The notes beneath the pieces were generated by a model, which saw only the letters and a program-made list of their open reading frames with translations, made no database searches and had not been told where the DNA came from. DNA of 64,000 nt from an uncultured Acholeplasmataceae bacterium (GTDB taxonomy: Bacteria > Bacillota_I > Bacilli_A > Acholeplasmatales > Acholeplasmataceae): contig CAZKLM010000002.1 of the NCBI GenBank assembly GCA_964553755.1, positions 5,021 through 69,020 on the forward strand, written 5' to 3'. The position numbers and the translations under genes were made by a program. How positions within the stretch are numbered: the first letter of the stretch is position 1; every line of letters begins with the position of its first letter. This document shows, one piece after another, positions 21,599 to 30,259 of this stretch.

Positions 21599-22444
21599 AT
21601 GAAGACATTTACAGAGCGTTGGGCCAAAGGCACCCACTTTTCTATTGATTATGAGCGTCATCTTCATCACGAAGTTACCCCTTTTCAAACCGTGGATTTT
21701 TACCAAAGCGAAACTTTCGGAACCTTTTTTACCTTGGATGGATTGATGATGGTCAATGAGAAAGATGAGTTTATCTATCACGACATGATTACTCATGTGC
21801 CGATGGCTGTCAACCCCGATATTAAAAAGGTTTTAATTATCGGTGGAGGTGATGGAGGAACGGCTCGTGAGATATCGCGATACCCATCCATTGAAACGAT
21901 TGATATGGTAGAAATTGATCAACGGGTGGTTGAACTTTGCCAAACCTATTTGCCACTAACGGCATCACGATTAAATCAAGACCCTAGAATTCGTCTATTT
22001 TTCGAAGATGGTCTTAAGTTTGTCGAACGCGCTCAAGCAGGCACCTACGATCTAATCTTGGTTGATTCAACCGATCCAATCGGTCCAGGAGAAGGACTTT
22101 TCACGCTTGCGTTTTATCAACATTGCTATCGTGCTCTTGGTCAAAACGGCATCTTGATTAATCAACACGAATCCCCGTATTTTGAGGATTATCGCAAAGA
22201 AATGTTAAGAGCGCACGATAAGATAAAACGTCTTTTTCCTATCGCATCGGTTTATCAATTCCATCAACCCACCTACCCATCGGGGCATTGGTTATTCGGG
22301 TTTGCCTCTAAGAAATACCATCCTCTTCGTGATCATCAAAAAGAGCGTTGGGAGGCGATGGGGTTGAAAACTAAGTATTACAACTCCCTCATTCATCAAG
22401 GTGCTTTTTATCTACCCACTTATGTGAATGATTTGTTTCAATAA
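21599..22444 (+). CDS. speE: Spermidine synthase (polyamine aminopropyltransferase)
   Basis: LDG, DEFIYHDMITH, LIIGGGDGG, VDSTDPIGPG, PTYPSG. Confidence 0.95.
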   Translation: MKTFTERWAKGTHFSIDYERHLHHEVTPFQTVDFYQSETFGTFFTLDGLMMVNEKDEFIYHDMITHVPMAVNPDIKKVLIIGGGDGGTAREISRYPSIETIDMVEIDQRVVELCQTYLPLTASRLNQDPRIRLFFEDGLKFVERAQAGTYDLILVDSTDPIGPGEGLFTLAFYQHCYRALGQNGILINQHESPYFEDYRKEMLRAHDKIKRLFPIASVYQFHQPTYPSGHWLFGFASKKYHPLRDHQKERWEAMGLKTKYYNSLIHQGAFYLPTYVNDLFQ

Positions 22445-22447
22445 AGC

Positions 22448-22484
22448 AAAATCCCAAATCTCATCAAAGCGATGGGATTTTTTT
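22448..22484 (+). terminator. Intrinsic terminator after speE
   Basis: AAAATCCCA-N16-TGGGATTTT then T run. Confidence 0.6.
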
Positions 22485-22557
22485 AACTTCCGTCAAGAAA
22501 TAATTGTTAAATAACCAACCAATCGTTATAATAGAACTAAAGCGAGGAGTGATTGTT

Positions 22558-24375
22558 ATGCGAAAAATCAAAGCAAGACTTTCCAAATTGAAAGCATCCA
22601 TCAGCATACAGACCTACAAACGTCCGATGGTGTTTTTAATTTCTATTATGATTTTAATCAATTTGGCCATCTTAATTGTCTCAGCTTTGATCGCCTACCG
22701 AGTCGATGATACTTTTACAAGCGTCATCGATGCTTTAGTCAACGGGTCGCTTAAATGGATGTTAACTCCAAATGCCATTTTGACGGTTGAAAACCCACAA
22801 ACCATGGTCTTAGCCGTCTTGGTTTTAATCACCGGTTTGGTCTTGTTTTCAGGAACCATTATTGCATTAACGACAAACGCGCTCAAAGACTATTTTCAAA
22901 AGAAACAAAGCGGTGGTGGGAAAATCTTACTTGAAAACCATATCGTTGTTTTGCACTGGAACAATAAAGTTCCAGAGTTGGTCGCTGATTTGATTCATAT
23001 GGACACCCATAAGGTCACCATCATGGTGTTAGCAGACATTGAAAAAACACATGCTGAACGGATGATTGCACTTTCTGTGATGCAAAATCAACCCACTAAA
23101 AAGAAAATCACCAACCTCAATGTCTTAGTGAAATCAGGCAACCCTCTAAGTTTAGACGATCTCGATGATATTTCGATTCAAAACGCCGATAGCATTCTCA
23201 TCATGAGCAAAGATGGAGACATCAGTACGGTCGATGAGTTTTATAAAAGTGACCTTTTAGCCATTAAGCAAGTTTTGGCTTTGGGACAGATTGCTCTTCC
23301 CAAATCACCGGCCATCATTGTCGAAGTTAAAGATATAGAAACCAAACATAAAATCATCAATCTTTCCAAAATCGTAAAACCCCTTCAATCCAAACACATC
23401 ATTCCCATTTGTTTTGACCGAAGACTCGGTCAAATTATTGCCCAAACCATCAGCGATAGCCGAATGGAAGACATTTATTTGGAATTATTTTCTTTTAGAG
23501 GATCTGAAATATATCCGATTGAGGCCATGCCTTTTGAAACATGTTTAGAAACACGTTCCCACGCGATTCCTTTGTCATCTAATCAACAGCACACGTTTGT
23601 ATTATCGGAATCGCTACAGGATGCTAGGAAGCAAAGTAAAGACGTGATTGAACCGCGTCCTTTAAAAGTGAAACGGTTGGTCGAAAAAGGACAGCATACC
23701 ATTTTAATCATCGGTCAAAACCACAAACTCCCCTTTATAATGGAATCTTTTTCGCTCTATGAGAAGATTCATCAAAGCACGTTCACATCCATGCATTTTG
23801 ATGATACCCAAACGGAGTTAGCTATCCAAAAAATCAATGAGCTAAAACAACCCGCAACACTCATTCTTTTAAGTGATGAAAATAAGCCGAAAGATGCCTT
23901 AGATGCGAATGTTTTAGATCACTTGATCTACATTCAATCCAACTTAAAGAACCCTAATGTCAAAATCATTGTTGAACTTTTGGATCCTAAAAACGATCAA
24001 CTATTTAAAGATTTTGCAATCGAAAACACCATTATATCGAACAAGATCATTTCGCTTTTGTTGAGTAAACTCGCTTTATTCAAAGACACAGCCGATTTTT
24101 ATGAAGACCTTTTAACCATTTCTCCCAATCAAAACCAGTTAGACAGTCAAGCCATTTCTATTCATTCGGCTAAAGTTTGCTTCAATGAACCGTTCCCACT
24201 CGTATTTGCATCAAAAAAACACCTAATCAACTCGGTTTATCAAGCATTTGATAAAAAACTGATGATGATTGGGTATTTCCGTGATGAACGATTGACATTG
24301 TTTGACGGCGATTTAAATAAACGCGAGGCAACCGAGATTAAAGAGACAGATGATTGTGTGTTTTTTAAGTTGTAA
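22558..24375 (+). CDS. CASTOR/POLLUX-like putative ion channel with tandem RCK-like domains
   Basis: Two TM helices flanking a re-entrant segment, then NHIVVLHWN, SGNP..LDDL..ISIQNADSILI, IIVE, IYLELFSFRGSEIY, DANVL, IIVELLDPKN; RBS GAGGAG. Confidence 0.6.
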   Translation: MRKIKARLSKLKASISIQTYKRPMVFLISIMILINLAILIVSALIAYRVDDTFTSVIDALVNGSLKWMLTPNAILTVENPQTMVLAVLVLITGLVLFSGTIIALTTNALKDYFQKKQSGGGKILLENHIVVLHWNNKVPELVADLIHMDTHKVTIMVLADIEKTHAERMIALSVMQNQPTKKKITNLNVLVKSGNPLSLDDLDDISIQNADSILIMSKDGDISTVDEFYKSDLLAIKQVLALGQIALPKSPAIIVEVKDIETKHKIINLSKIVKPLQSKHIIPICFDRRLGQIIAQTISDSRMEDIYLELFSFRGSEIYPIEAMPFETCLETRSHAIPLSSNQQHTFVLSESLQDARKQSKDVIEPRPLKVKRLVEKGQHTILIIGQNHKLPFIMESFSLYEKIHQSTFTSMHFDDTQTELAIQKINELKQPATLILLSDENKPKDALDANVLDHLIYIQSNLKNPNVKIIVELLDPKNDQLFKDFAIENTIISNKIISLLLSKLALFKDTADFYEDLLTISPNQNQLDSQAISIHSAKVCFNEPFPLVFASKKHLINSVYQAFDKKLMMIGYFRDERLTLFDGDLNKREATEIKETDDCVFFKL

Positions 24376-25809
24376 TTAATAACCAAACCAAAGTCCGATA
24401 AATAAAAGCACAACCGTAAGCAGTAAGACCACCATTTGAAGTTTGATAGTAAACTTAAACCATTTGGCATAACTCACCGACGCAATGGATAGACCAATCA
24501 ACAAAACCGCATTGGTAGGAAAAATGACGTTTGTATAGCCGTCCCCGAATATGAAGGCCAAAATGGCGAGTTCAGAACTGATGCCAATCAAGGAAACCAA
24601 GGGCAACAAGATGGGCATGATAAGAAAGGCTTTTGCGGATGCCGAGCCAATAAAGAACTGGAGCACTAAAACCAAACCGTAGATGAACAAAACACTCACA
24701 TAAAGCGACTGATTGGCAAGAAGTGACGATAGATGATAGAGCAAGGTGTCCATAATCATGCCTTCACTGATGATGTGTTTGACGCTAACAGCAAGAATAA
24801 TCAAAATGAAGGCTGGCGCAACCCCCAACATGCCGTTTCCAAACGTTTTAAAAGTGAAACGGACATCTTTTGATACGATGAATCCAGCCATCCATCCACC
24901 GAAAAGAAAGATGACAGCCATCAACACAATCGCCGGTATTTCAATATGAAAAATTAACTCAGCCAAACTCGATATTAAAATGCCCACCAGCAAAACAACA
25001 AACAATAGGGTATAGGTTTTGAAAACCACAGGCTCATTTCCAAAAGGCAGTGGAGCATCCAAATTCAGATCCTTTGAACGATTCATATCTTCCGCATAGG
25101 TCAATGACGCTTGCGGATTTTTTTCTATTTTCTTCGCATAACGGACTAAGAAAAACTGTAAAAGGGCGTACATAATGAGAAAGATAACCAAACGGTAGCC
25201 AATTCCATTGATAATGGATATTCCTGCAAGTTGCGAGGCAACCCCAACAGAAAACGGGTTAGTTACAGCAGAAGCGAAACCGAAGCCTGCAGCAAGCAAA
25301 CACATGCCCAATCCCGTTAAAGAGTCCCAACCCAATGATAAAGCTAACAACAACATAATCGGAAGAAGCGCAATCGACTCTTCAAAAATGCCAAAAAAAG
25401 CCCCAAACATCATAAACACTAAAATCACCAATCGCAATAGTATGTATTTTCGAGCTTGATAGCGTTTGATTAACCGATTGATGATGGATTGAATCCCGCC
25501 CGTCTTATCCATAATCGAAAACGTTCCACCCAAAATGATTAAAAACACACCAATCACAATCACGCTTAGCCCATCGGATGTCGCTAAAACCTCAAAAGGG
25601 GCTAAAAGCCATCGATAAACCGGGTAATGCGTCTGATCCAGATAAACGAAACTATCTTGAATCAAGGTTCCATCGGGGTTTCTTAAATACGCTCCCTTAG
25701 GAATAATCAATGTGAGAAGGCCCGCAAATAGGATTAAACCAAGCAAGATATAACAAACACTTAGAAAAGATTTTTTACCAATATGGAGCAAGGAAGGATT
25801 TTGATTCAC
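24376..25809 (-). CDS. YfcC/ArcD-like (DcuC superfamily) transporter
   Basis: IIPKGAY.R, FLIILGG.F, NPFSVGVA, GSASAKAFLIMPI, FGDGYTN..FPTN; GTG start at 25809 after GAGGTG. Confidence 0.82.
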   Translation of the reverse strand: MNQNPSLLHIGKKSFLSVCYILLGLILFAGLLTLIIPKGAYLRNPDGTLIQDSFVYLDQTHYPVYRWLLAPFEVLATSDGLSVIVIGVFLIILGGTFSIMDKTGGIQSIINRLIKRYQARKYILLRLVILVFMMFGAFFGIFEESIALLPIMLLLALSLGWDSLTGLGMCLLAAGFGFASAVTNPFSVGVASQLAGISIINGIGYRLVIFLIMYALLQFFLVRYAKKIEKNPQASLTYAEDMNRSKDLNLDAPLPFGNEPVVFKTYTLLFVVLLVGILISSLAELIFHIEIPAIVLMAVIFLFGGWMAGFIVSKDVRFTFKTFGNGMLGVAPAFILIILAVSVKHIISEGMIMDTLLYHLSSLLANQSLYVSVLFIYGLVLVLQFFIGSASAKAFLIMPILLPLVSLIGISSELAILAFIFGDGYTNVIFPTNAVLLIGLSIASVSYAKWFKFTIKLQMVVLLLTVVLLFIGLWFGY

Positions 25810-25877
25810 TGGATTCACCTCATTTAGCACCAGTATAGCATACTCAGCACGAATATTAAACAATTCATCAAAAGGTA

Positions 25878-25906
25878 TTGTGTATTGAATGATACTGTGT
25901 TATGAT
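25878..25906 (+). promoter_or_regulatory. sigmaA promoter of padR-DUF1700 operon
   Basis: TTGTGT-N17-TATGAT with TG extension. Confidence 0.55.
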
Positions 25907-25926
25907 TAATTTGAAGGAGGGATATC

Positions 25927-26286
25927 TTGAACGCACAATTTAAAAAAGGAATCATTGAGCTCTGTGTGTTATCCATTTTGGTTGAAGAAGACCTATATGG
26001 GTACGCCATTATCAATGCGTTATCCATGCATATTGATGTCAGTGAGAACTCGATTTATCCCATATTGAGACGACTGACACAGGAAGACTATTTCATTACG
26101 TATTTAAAAGAGTCTTCAGAAGGCGCACCGCGCAAATATTACCAGATGACTCAAAAAGGATTCATGTATTACTTAAATCTGAGACAAGAATGGGACGCTT
26201 TCATCGGAGGCGTATACCAAATCATTACCAAAGGAGGAAAGAAAAATGATGACATATATCGACGATTTAAAGAAAGAATTAAGTAA
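25927..26286 (+). CDS. PadR family transcriptional regulator (short subfamily)
   Basis: QFKKGIIELCVL, YGY, IYPILRRL, PRKYY; TTG start after GGAGG. Confidence 0.92.
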   Translation: MNAQFKKGIIELCVLSILVEEDLYGYAIINALSMHIDVSENSIYPILRRLTQEDYFITYLKESSEGAPRKYYQMTQKGFMYYLNLRQEWDAFIGGVYQIITKGGKKNDDIYRRFKERIK

Positions 26287-27217
26287 ATATAGTCTCAATC
26301 AACAGGAGCAAGACGAGATTCTTGCTGATTTTAAGGAAATGTTAAACACCGCAATTCAAGAAGGTCTTGACCCCAAAGACATTGCCAAAAAATTCGGTAC
26401 AGCAAAAAAAGTTGCCGAAGAAATCGCTCAAGATCAAGGCGCTTTTGAAAAAAAGAGCACAGATAGTGAGGATGATGGCTCCTTTCGTCTATGGAAATCC
26501 TTTCAACTAACCGAAGAGAAGATGAACATGACCATCAAACTGATTAACGAAGATGTTATGATAAAGCCCAGTTTAGATCAGGCCATTCATGTTCATGTCA
26601 AAGGCGCTTTTAATCCAGAAAGATATGAACTGATTATCAATGCTAATGAACTCTCTTTATCAACACCCACGCTTAAAGGGTTTCGTTTCAAGCATCTTTT
26701 TTCATCGCATTCACGGGTGAAGTTTTTGATTGAAGTCCCTGAAGAACTCATGTTCAAACAGGCAACAGTTTCTGTCATAAATGCGTATCTTCACATGAAT
26801 GGTGTTCGCTCAGAGCAGTTCACCATATCCACCACCAACGGAGATGTGTTGCTTGAGCAAGCGTCCTTGGGAACATTCAAAATCAATTCGGTCAACGGTG
26901 ATATTGAAGCCAATAACGTGTATGTCGATTTGATGCAAGCAAGCTCAGTAAGTGGAGACATGCTGTTTCAATCGTGCGTCTTTAATAAAGAGATTAAGTT
27001 GAATTCGGTAAGCGGCGACTTTGAAATCAACGGATCAACATGCATTGAACTCGACATGTCCACCGTAAGTGGGGATTTAATCGGTAACGAATTTTACCCA
27101 AAACGCATCCATTTTAAGTCTTTATCCGGTGATATCACACTAAAGAATTCAGACAAGCAACCCATTGAAATCCATAAAAAAGGACCGTTATCAGGGTCTG
27201 TTGACATCGAGTTTTAA
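26246..27217 (+). CDS. DUF1700/HAAS N-terminal domain plus DUF4097 beta-solenoid protein
   Basis: YIDDLKKEL..EILADFKE..FGTAKKVA N-terminus; repeated S(T/V/L)(N/S)GD units. Confidence 0.8.
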   Translation: MMTYIDDLKKELSKYSLNQQEQDEILADFKEMLNTAIQEGLDPKDIAKKFGTAKKVAEEIAQDQGAFEKKSTDSEDDGSFRLWKSFQLTEEKMNMTIKLINEDVMIKPSLDQAIHVHVKGAFNPERYELIINANELSLSTPTLKGFRFKHLFSSHSRVKFLIEVPEELMFKQATVSVINAYLHMNGVRSEQFTISTTNGDVLLEQASLGTFKINSVNGDIEANNVYVDLMQASSVSGDMLFQSCVFNKEIKLNSVSGDFEINGSTCIELDMSTVSGDLIGNEFYPKRIHFKSLSGDITLKNSDKQPIEIHKKGPLSGSVDIEF

Positions 27218-27264
27218 CGATACATGAACATAACTTTCATAAAATGATAAACTCCTTAATCCTC

Positions 27265-27293
27265 TTGAGAAAGCGTTCTAAGTTGGTTATAAT
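27265..27293 (+). promoter_or_regulatory. sigmaA promoter of ROK gene with overlapping cre-like site
   Basis: TTGAGA-N17-TATAAT; AGAAAGCGTTCTAA at 27268-27281 matches 12/14 of TGWNANCGNTNWCA. Confidence 0.6.
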
Positions 27294-27318
27294 GTGATTG
27301 TGTGCTAAAGGAGTCATT

Positions 27319-28722
27319 ATGAAACCGTTTGAATTCAATCGTCATACCCTATCACGTTTTAAATTGGACCCAACATTTAGTCCGATGGTTCTTAATCATC
27401 AAGCTTTTTTGAACCAAGTTAGAAAAACCAACGACATTCGACCCGTCAAAATCGCGATTACGCGTTCAATGGGTCAAGTTTCGGTTTATGAAACCGTGGT
27501 TTTTGGTGATTCATCGCATCAAGAGACAGCCAATTTCACGTATTTAGAGCGCTTGGTTAAAACGCTTTTGTGGATTAAAGGGGGATGCAAAATTCATGTT
27601 TTGGGCTATCCAGCGTTTTCACGCTATTTGAAAACCTTGTACCACCCAGAGGGGTTACGTGCGTTTGACCAACGGTTTATGTCGGAGATTTATGAATCCT
27701 CTTTCGACATTGTTGAGAGTTCAGAACGTGATTTTCCTAACATGTGCGAAGAGTCTAAAGCGATTGGACGGCATTTAGAAGGGTGTCGCATTGGTTTTGA
27801 TGCAGGCGGTAGCGACCGAAAGGTTTCTGCTTTAATCGACGGGGTTGCTGTTTTTAGTGAAGAAGTGGTATGGCACCCCAAAATTCAATCGCATCCAAGT
27901 TATCATCAAGAAGGCATCATGGATTCGATTCATCGCGCAGCGTCTCATCTGCCGCGGGTGGATGCGATTGGCGTCAGCACCGCAGGTGTGGTGATTGATA
28001 ACCGTATGATGGCATCCAGTTTATTTATTCAAGTAACTGATCCGAGTTTAAAAGATCAAACAAAATCGATTTACACGGACATTAAAAACGCGTTTGATGT
28101 TCCACTAGAAGTAGCAAACGACGGAGATGTCACTGCCTTAGCAGGGTCCATGAGTTTAAAGAAAAACCGCGTCTTAGGGATTGCAATGGGAACCAGCGAA
28201 GCTGCAGGCTATGTTGATGCCAACGGCAATCTTTTGGGTTGGTTAAACGAATTAGCGTTCGTACCCATCGATGACGCCAAGGAGGCCATGATAGATGAAT
28301 GGTCCCTTGATCGCGGATGTGGCGTCAAATACTTGTCACAGGATGCTGTTATTAAACTGGCGAAAATGGCGCATCTCCCATTGGATAATCAATTAACCCC
28401 AGCTGAAAACTTAAAGGTCGTACAACATTTAGCCGAACAAGGTCATTCAAAAGCGTGTGATATTTTTGAGATGATTGGCTGTTACTTGGCGTATGCTATT
28501 GCGTACTATTGCATGTTTTATGACATCGGTGTCGTACTCATTCTTGGTAGAGTCACATCAGGACGAGGCGGAAAACTCATTTTAGAAGCAGCCAATGAGG
28601 TCTTATCTTCTGAGTTTCCAGATCTGTTTCAAACCTTGACCATTCAACTTCCAGATGAGATGAGCCGGCGCGTTGGTCAGTCGATTGCAGCAGCCAGTTT
28701 GCCTTCTCTAAGAAAAATTTAA
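27319..28722 (+). CDS. Long ROK family protein (probable sugar kinase)
   Basis: IGFDAGGSDRK, AIGVSTAG, VANDGDVTALAG, GIAMGTS, NELAF; about 150-aa N-terminal extension. Confidence 0.82.
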   Translation: MKPFEFNRHTLSRFKLDPTFSPMVLNHQAFLNQVRKTNDIRPVKIAITRSMGQVSVYETVVFGDSSHQETANFTYLERLVKTLLWIKGGCKIHVLGYPAFSRYLKTLYHPEGLRAFDQRFMSEIYESSFDIVESSERDFPNMCEESKAIGRHLEGCRIGFDAGGSDRKVSALIDGVAVFSEEVVWHPKIQSHPSYHQEGIMDSIHRAASHLPRVDAIGVSTAGVVIDNRMMASSLFIQVTDPSLKDQTKSIYTDIKNAFDVPLEVANDGDVTALAGSMSLKKNRVLGIAMGTSEAAGYVDANGNLLGWLNELAFVPIDDAKEAMIDEWSLDRGCGVKYLSQDAVIKLAKMAHLPLDNQLTPAENLKVVQHLAEQGHSKACDIFEMIGCYLAYAIAYYCMFYDIGVVLILGRVTSGRGGKLILEAANEVLSSEFPDLFQTLTIQLPDEMSRRVGQSIAAASLPSLRKI

Positions 28723-28730
28723 AAAAGGGA

Positions 28731-28788
28731 TTGACTCTCTCTTTTTTTCTGGTAAAATATACTTGTAAGATATATCCAACCGATATAT
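28731..28788 (+). promoter_or_regulatory. Promoter with downstream PadR-type palindromic operator
   Basis: TTGACT-N16-TAAAAT with TG extension; ATATATC-caacc-GATATAT at 28770-28788. Confidence 0.7.
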
Positions 28789-28801
28789 TAAGGAGGGTGT
28801 C

Positions 28802-29320
28802 ATGTCTCAAAAACACGCCATCTTGGGTTTGCTAAACATTGCTCCCATGACCGGATATTTAATCAAAAAAAACATGGAGATTTCTATCAAGAAATTTTGG
28901 CCAGTGAGTTATGGTGGCATCTATCCAGCGTTGCATAAGTTGAAAGAAGAAGGATTCATTGATTCGAAAGAGAATAAAATCGATGGAAGACAAACCATCA
29001 AGTATTACATCACAGAAGAGGGAAAAAACGAACTTCATCAATGGTTGATGACACCCTCTGAACAAGTCTCGTGCAAAGATTCGTTCATCCTTAAGATCTT
29101 TCTTTCGCAAGACGTCAATCAAGACGAACGGAAAAGCCTCTTGGAAGATTATTTAAGATATAAAGAAACACAGTTAAGGGAGTATCAAGCGTTAGTCAAC
29201 ATGCGGTCTAGTCAAAAAGTTTACACCGATGCGCAAACACAGTTTGTCATGGACTACACATACCAAACGCTTGAGAAAGAGATTGAGTTGATCAAGGCTT
29301 TTATTGATAAAAGCGCGTGA
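28802..29320 (+). CDS. PadR/AphA-like transcriptional regulator (long subfamily)
   Basis: AILGLL..PMTGY, FWPVSYGGIYPAL, YYITEEGK.EL..W; C-terminal helical domain. Confidence 0.92.
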   Translation: MSQKHAILGLLNIAPMTGYLIKKNMEISIKKFWPVSYGGIYPALHKLKEEGFIDSKENKIDGRQTIKYYITEEGKNELHQWLMTPSEQVSCKDSFILKIFLSQDVNQDERKSLLEDYLRYKETQLREYQALVNMRSSQKVYTDAQTQFVMDYTYQTLEKEIELIKAFIDKSA

Positions 29321-29341
29321 TGTTCGAAGGAGGATTGTCGA

Positions 29342-29530
29342 ATGTTTAAGTTTGAAAAAACACTCAAAGGAAAACCGGATGAGATTGAGTTTTACTTCAT
29401 TTCATTATCTGTTGAAGATTTGTCGATGATTCCATCTTTTCACCATGAGGATGTTGAAAACAATCGAAAAGAAGTCAAGTTGGAAATCAAAACTAAAAAA
29501 TTCTATTTTTACATCGACTTTGAAATTTAA
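29342..29530 (+). CDS. Small hypothetical protein (62 aa)
   Basis: RBS AGGAGG 7 nt upstream; sits between padR and a terminator. Confidence 0.65.
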   Translation: MFKFEKTLKGKPDEIEFYFISLSVEDLSMIPSFHHEDVENNRKEVKLEIKTKKFYFYIDFEI

Positions 29531-29546
29531 CATCAAAATGAGATGG

Positions 29547-29572
29547 AAAGCCTTGCTAAGCAAGGTTTTTTT
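29547..29572 (+). terminator. Intrinsic terminator
   Basis: AAAGCCTTGC-taa-GCAAGGTTTT then T run. Confidence 0.8.
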
Positions 29573-29635
29573 ATTTTTTGACAACTTTTTTCATCGAATG
29601 AACGATAAAATAAGATTAGAACCTGAGGTGATGCC

Positions 29636-30259
29636 ATGAAAAAAAACATGATTGTCTTGATGCTTGTTTTGTTGGCTTTATTATATGGATGCACGAGAGA
29701 TGAACGTCCATCCACACCCATCGAAACCCCGAATCCCTATGCGGTCTTTTTTGATACGTTAAACGAGATGGACCAGTACAGTTTGGATATTGAAGTCACT
29801 GTCAATCAAGAAACGTATCATTTTCTTTTCAAAAGATACCAGCACATCTCATCCAGTCAAGTTGGGGAAACCATCGATTACTTTGTTAAAGAGGAGCAAT
29901 TCTGTTATCTCTATCGACACTATGAGGATGGGTACCGAAAACACCCTCATGATTGCTCCCCTGATGAGGTCGCTTCGTTTTTGTTTTTTAGATTACTCGA
30001 CTGGACGATGTTTACAGAACTAAACGGTCGCTATTTTATGAATTTGCAATCGCTTCATGTCGTGGAATCCTTTTTCGTTAAAGAATTCCCCCATGCGAAA
30101 GTTAGCAATTTCGAGATCCTGTTTGGCCATCATCACATTGAATCCATCGTGTTTGATTTGACGCTTGGAAAAACGGTGTACCACCATGTCATGATGTTTT
30201 ATGGCATCCATGAGACCATCATCTTATTACCCGATATCCTTGAGGAGGTTTCATCATGA
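29636..30259 (+). CDS. Hypothetical lipoprotein
   Basis: MKK + hydrophobic stretch + LLYGC lipobox; RBS GAGGTG. Confidence 0.75.
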   Translation: MKKNMIVLMLVLLALLYGCTRDERPSTPIETPNPYAVFFDTLNEMDQYSLDIEVTVNQETYHFLFKRYQHISSSQVGETIDYFVKEEQFCYLYRHYEDGYRKHPHDCSPDEVASFLFFRLLDWTMFTELNGRYFMNLQSLHVVESFFVKEFPHAKVSNFEILFGHHHIESIVFDLTLGKTVYHHVMMFYGIHETIILLPDILEEVSS

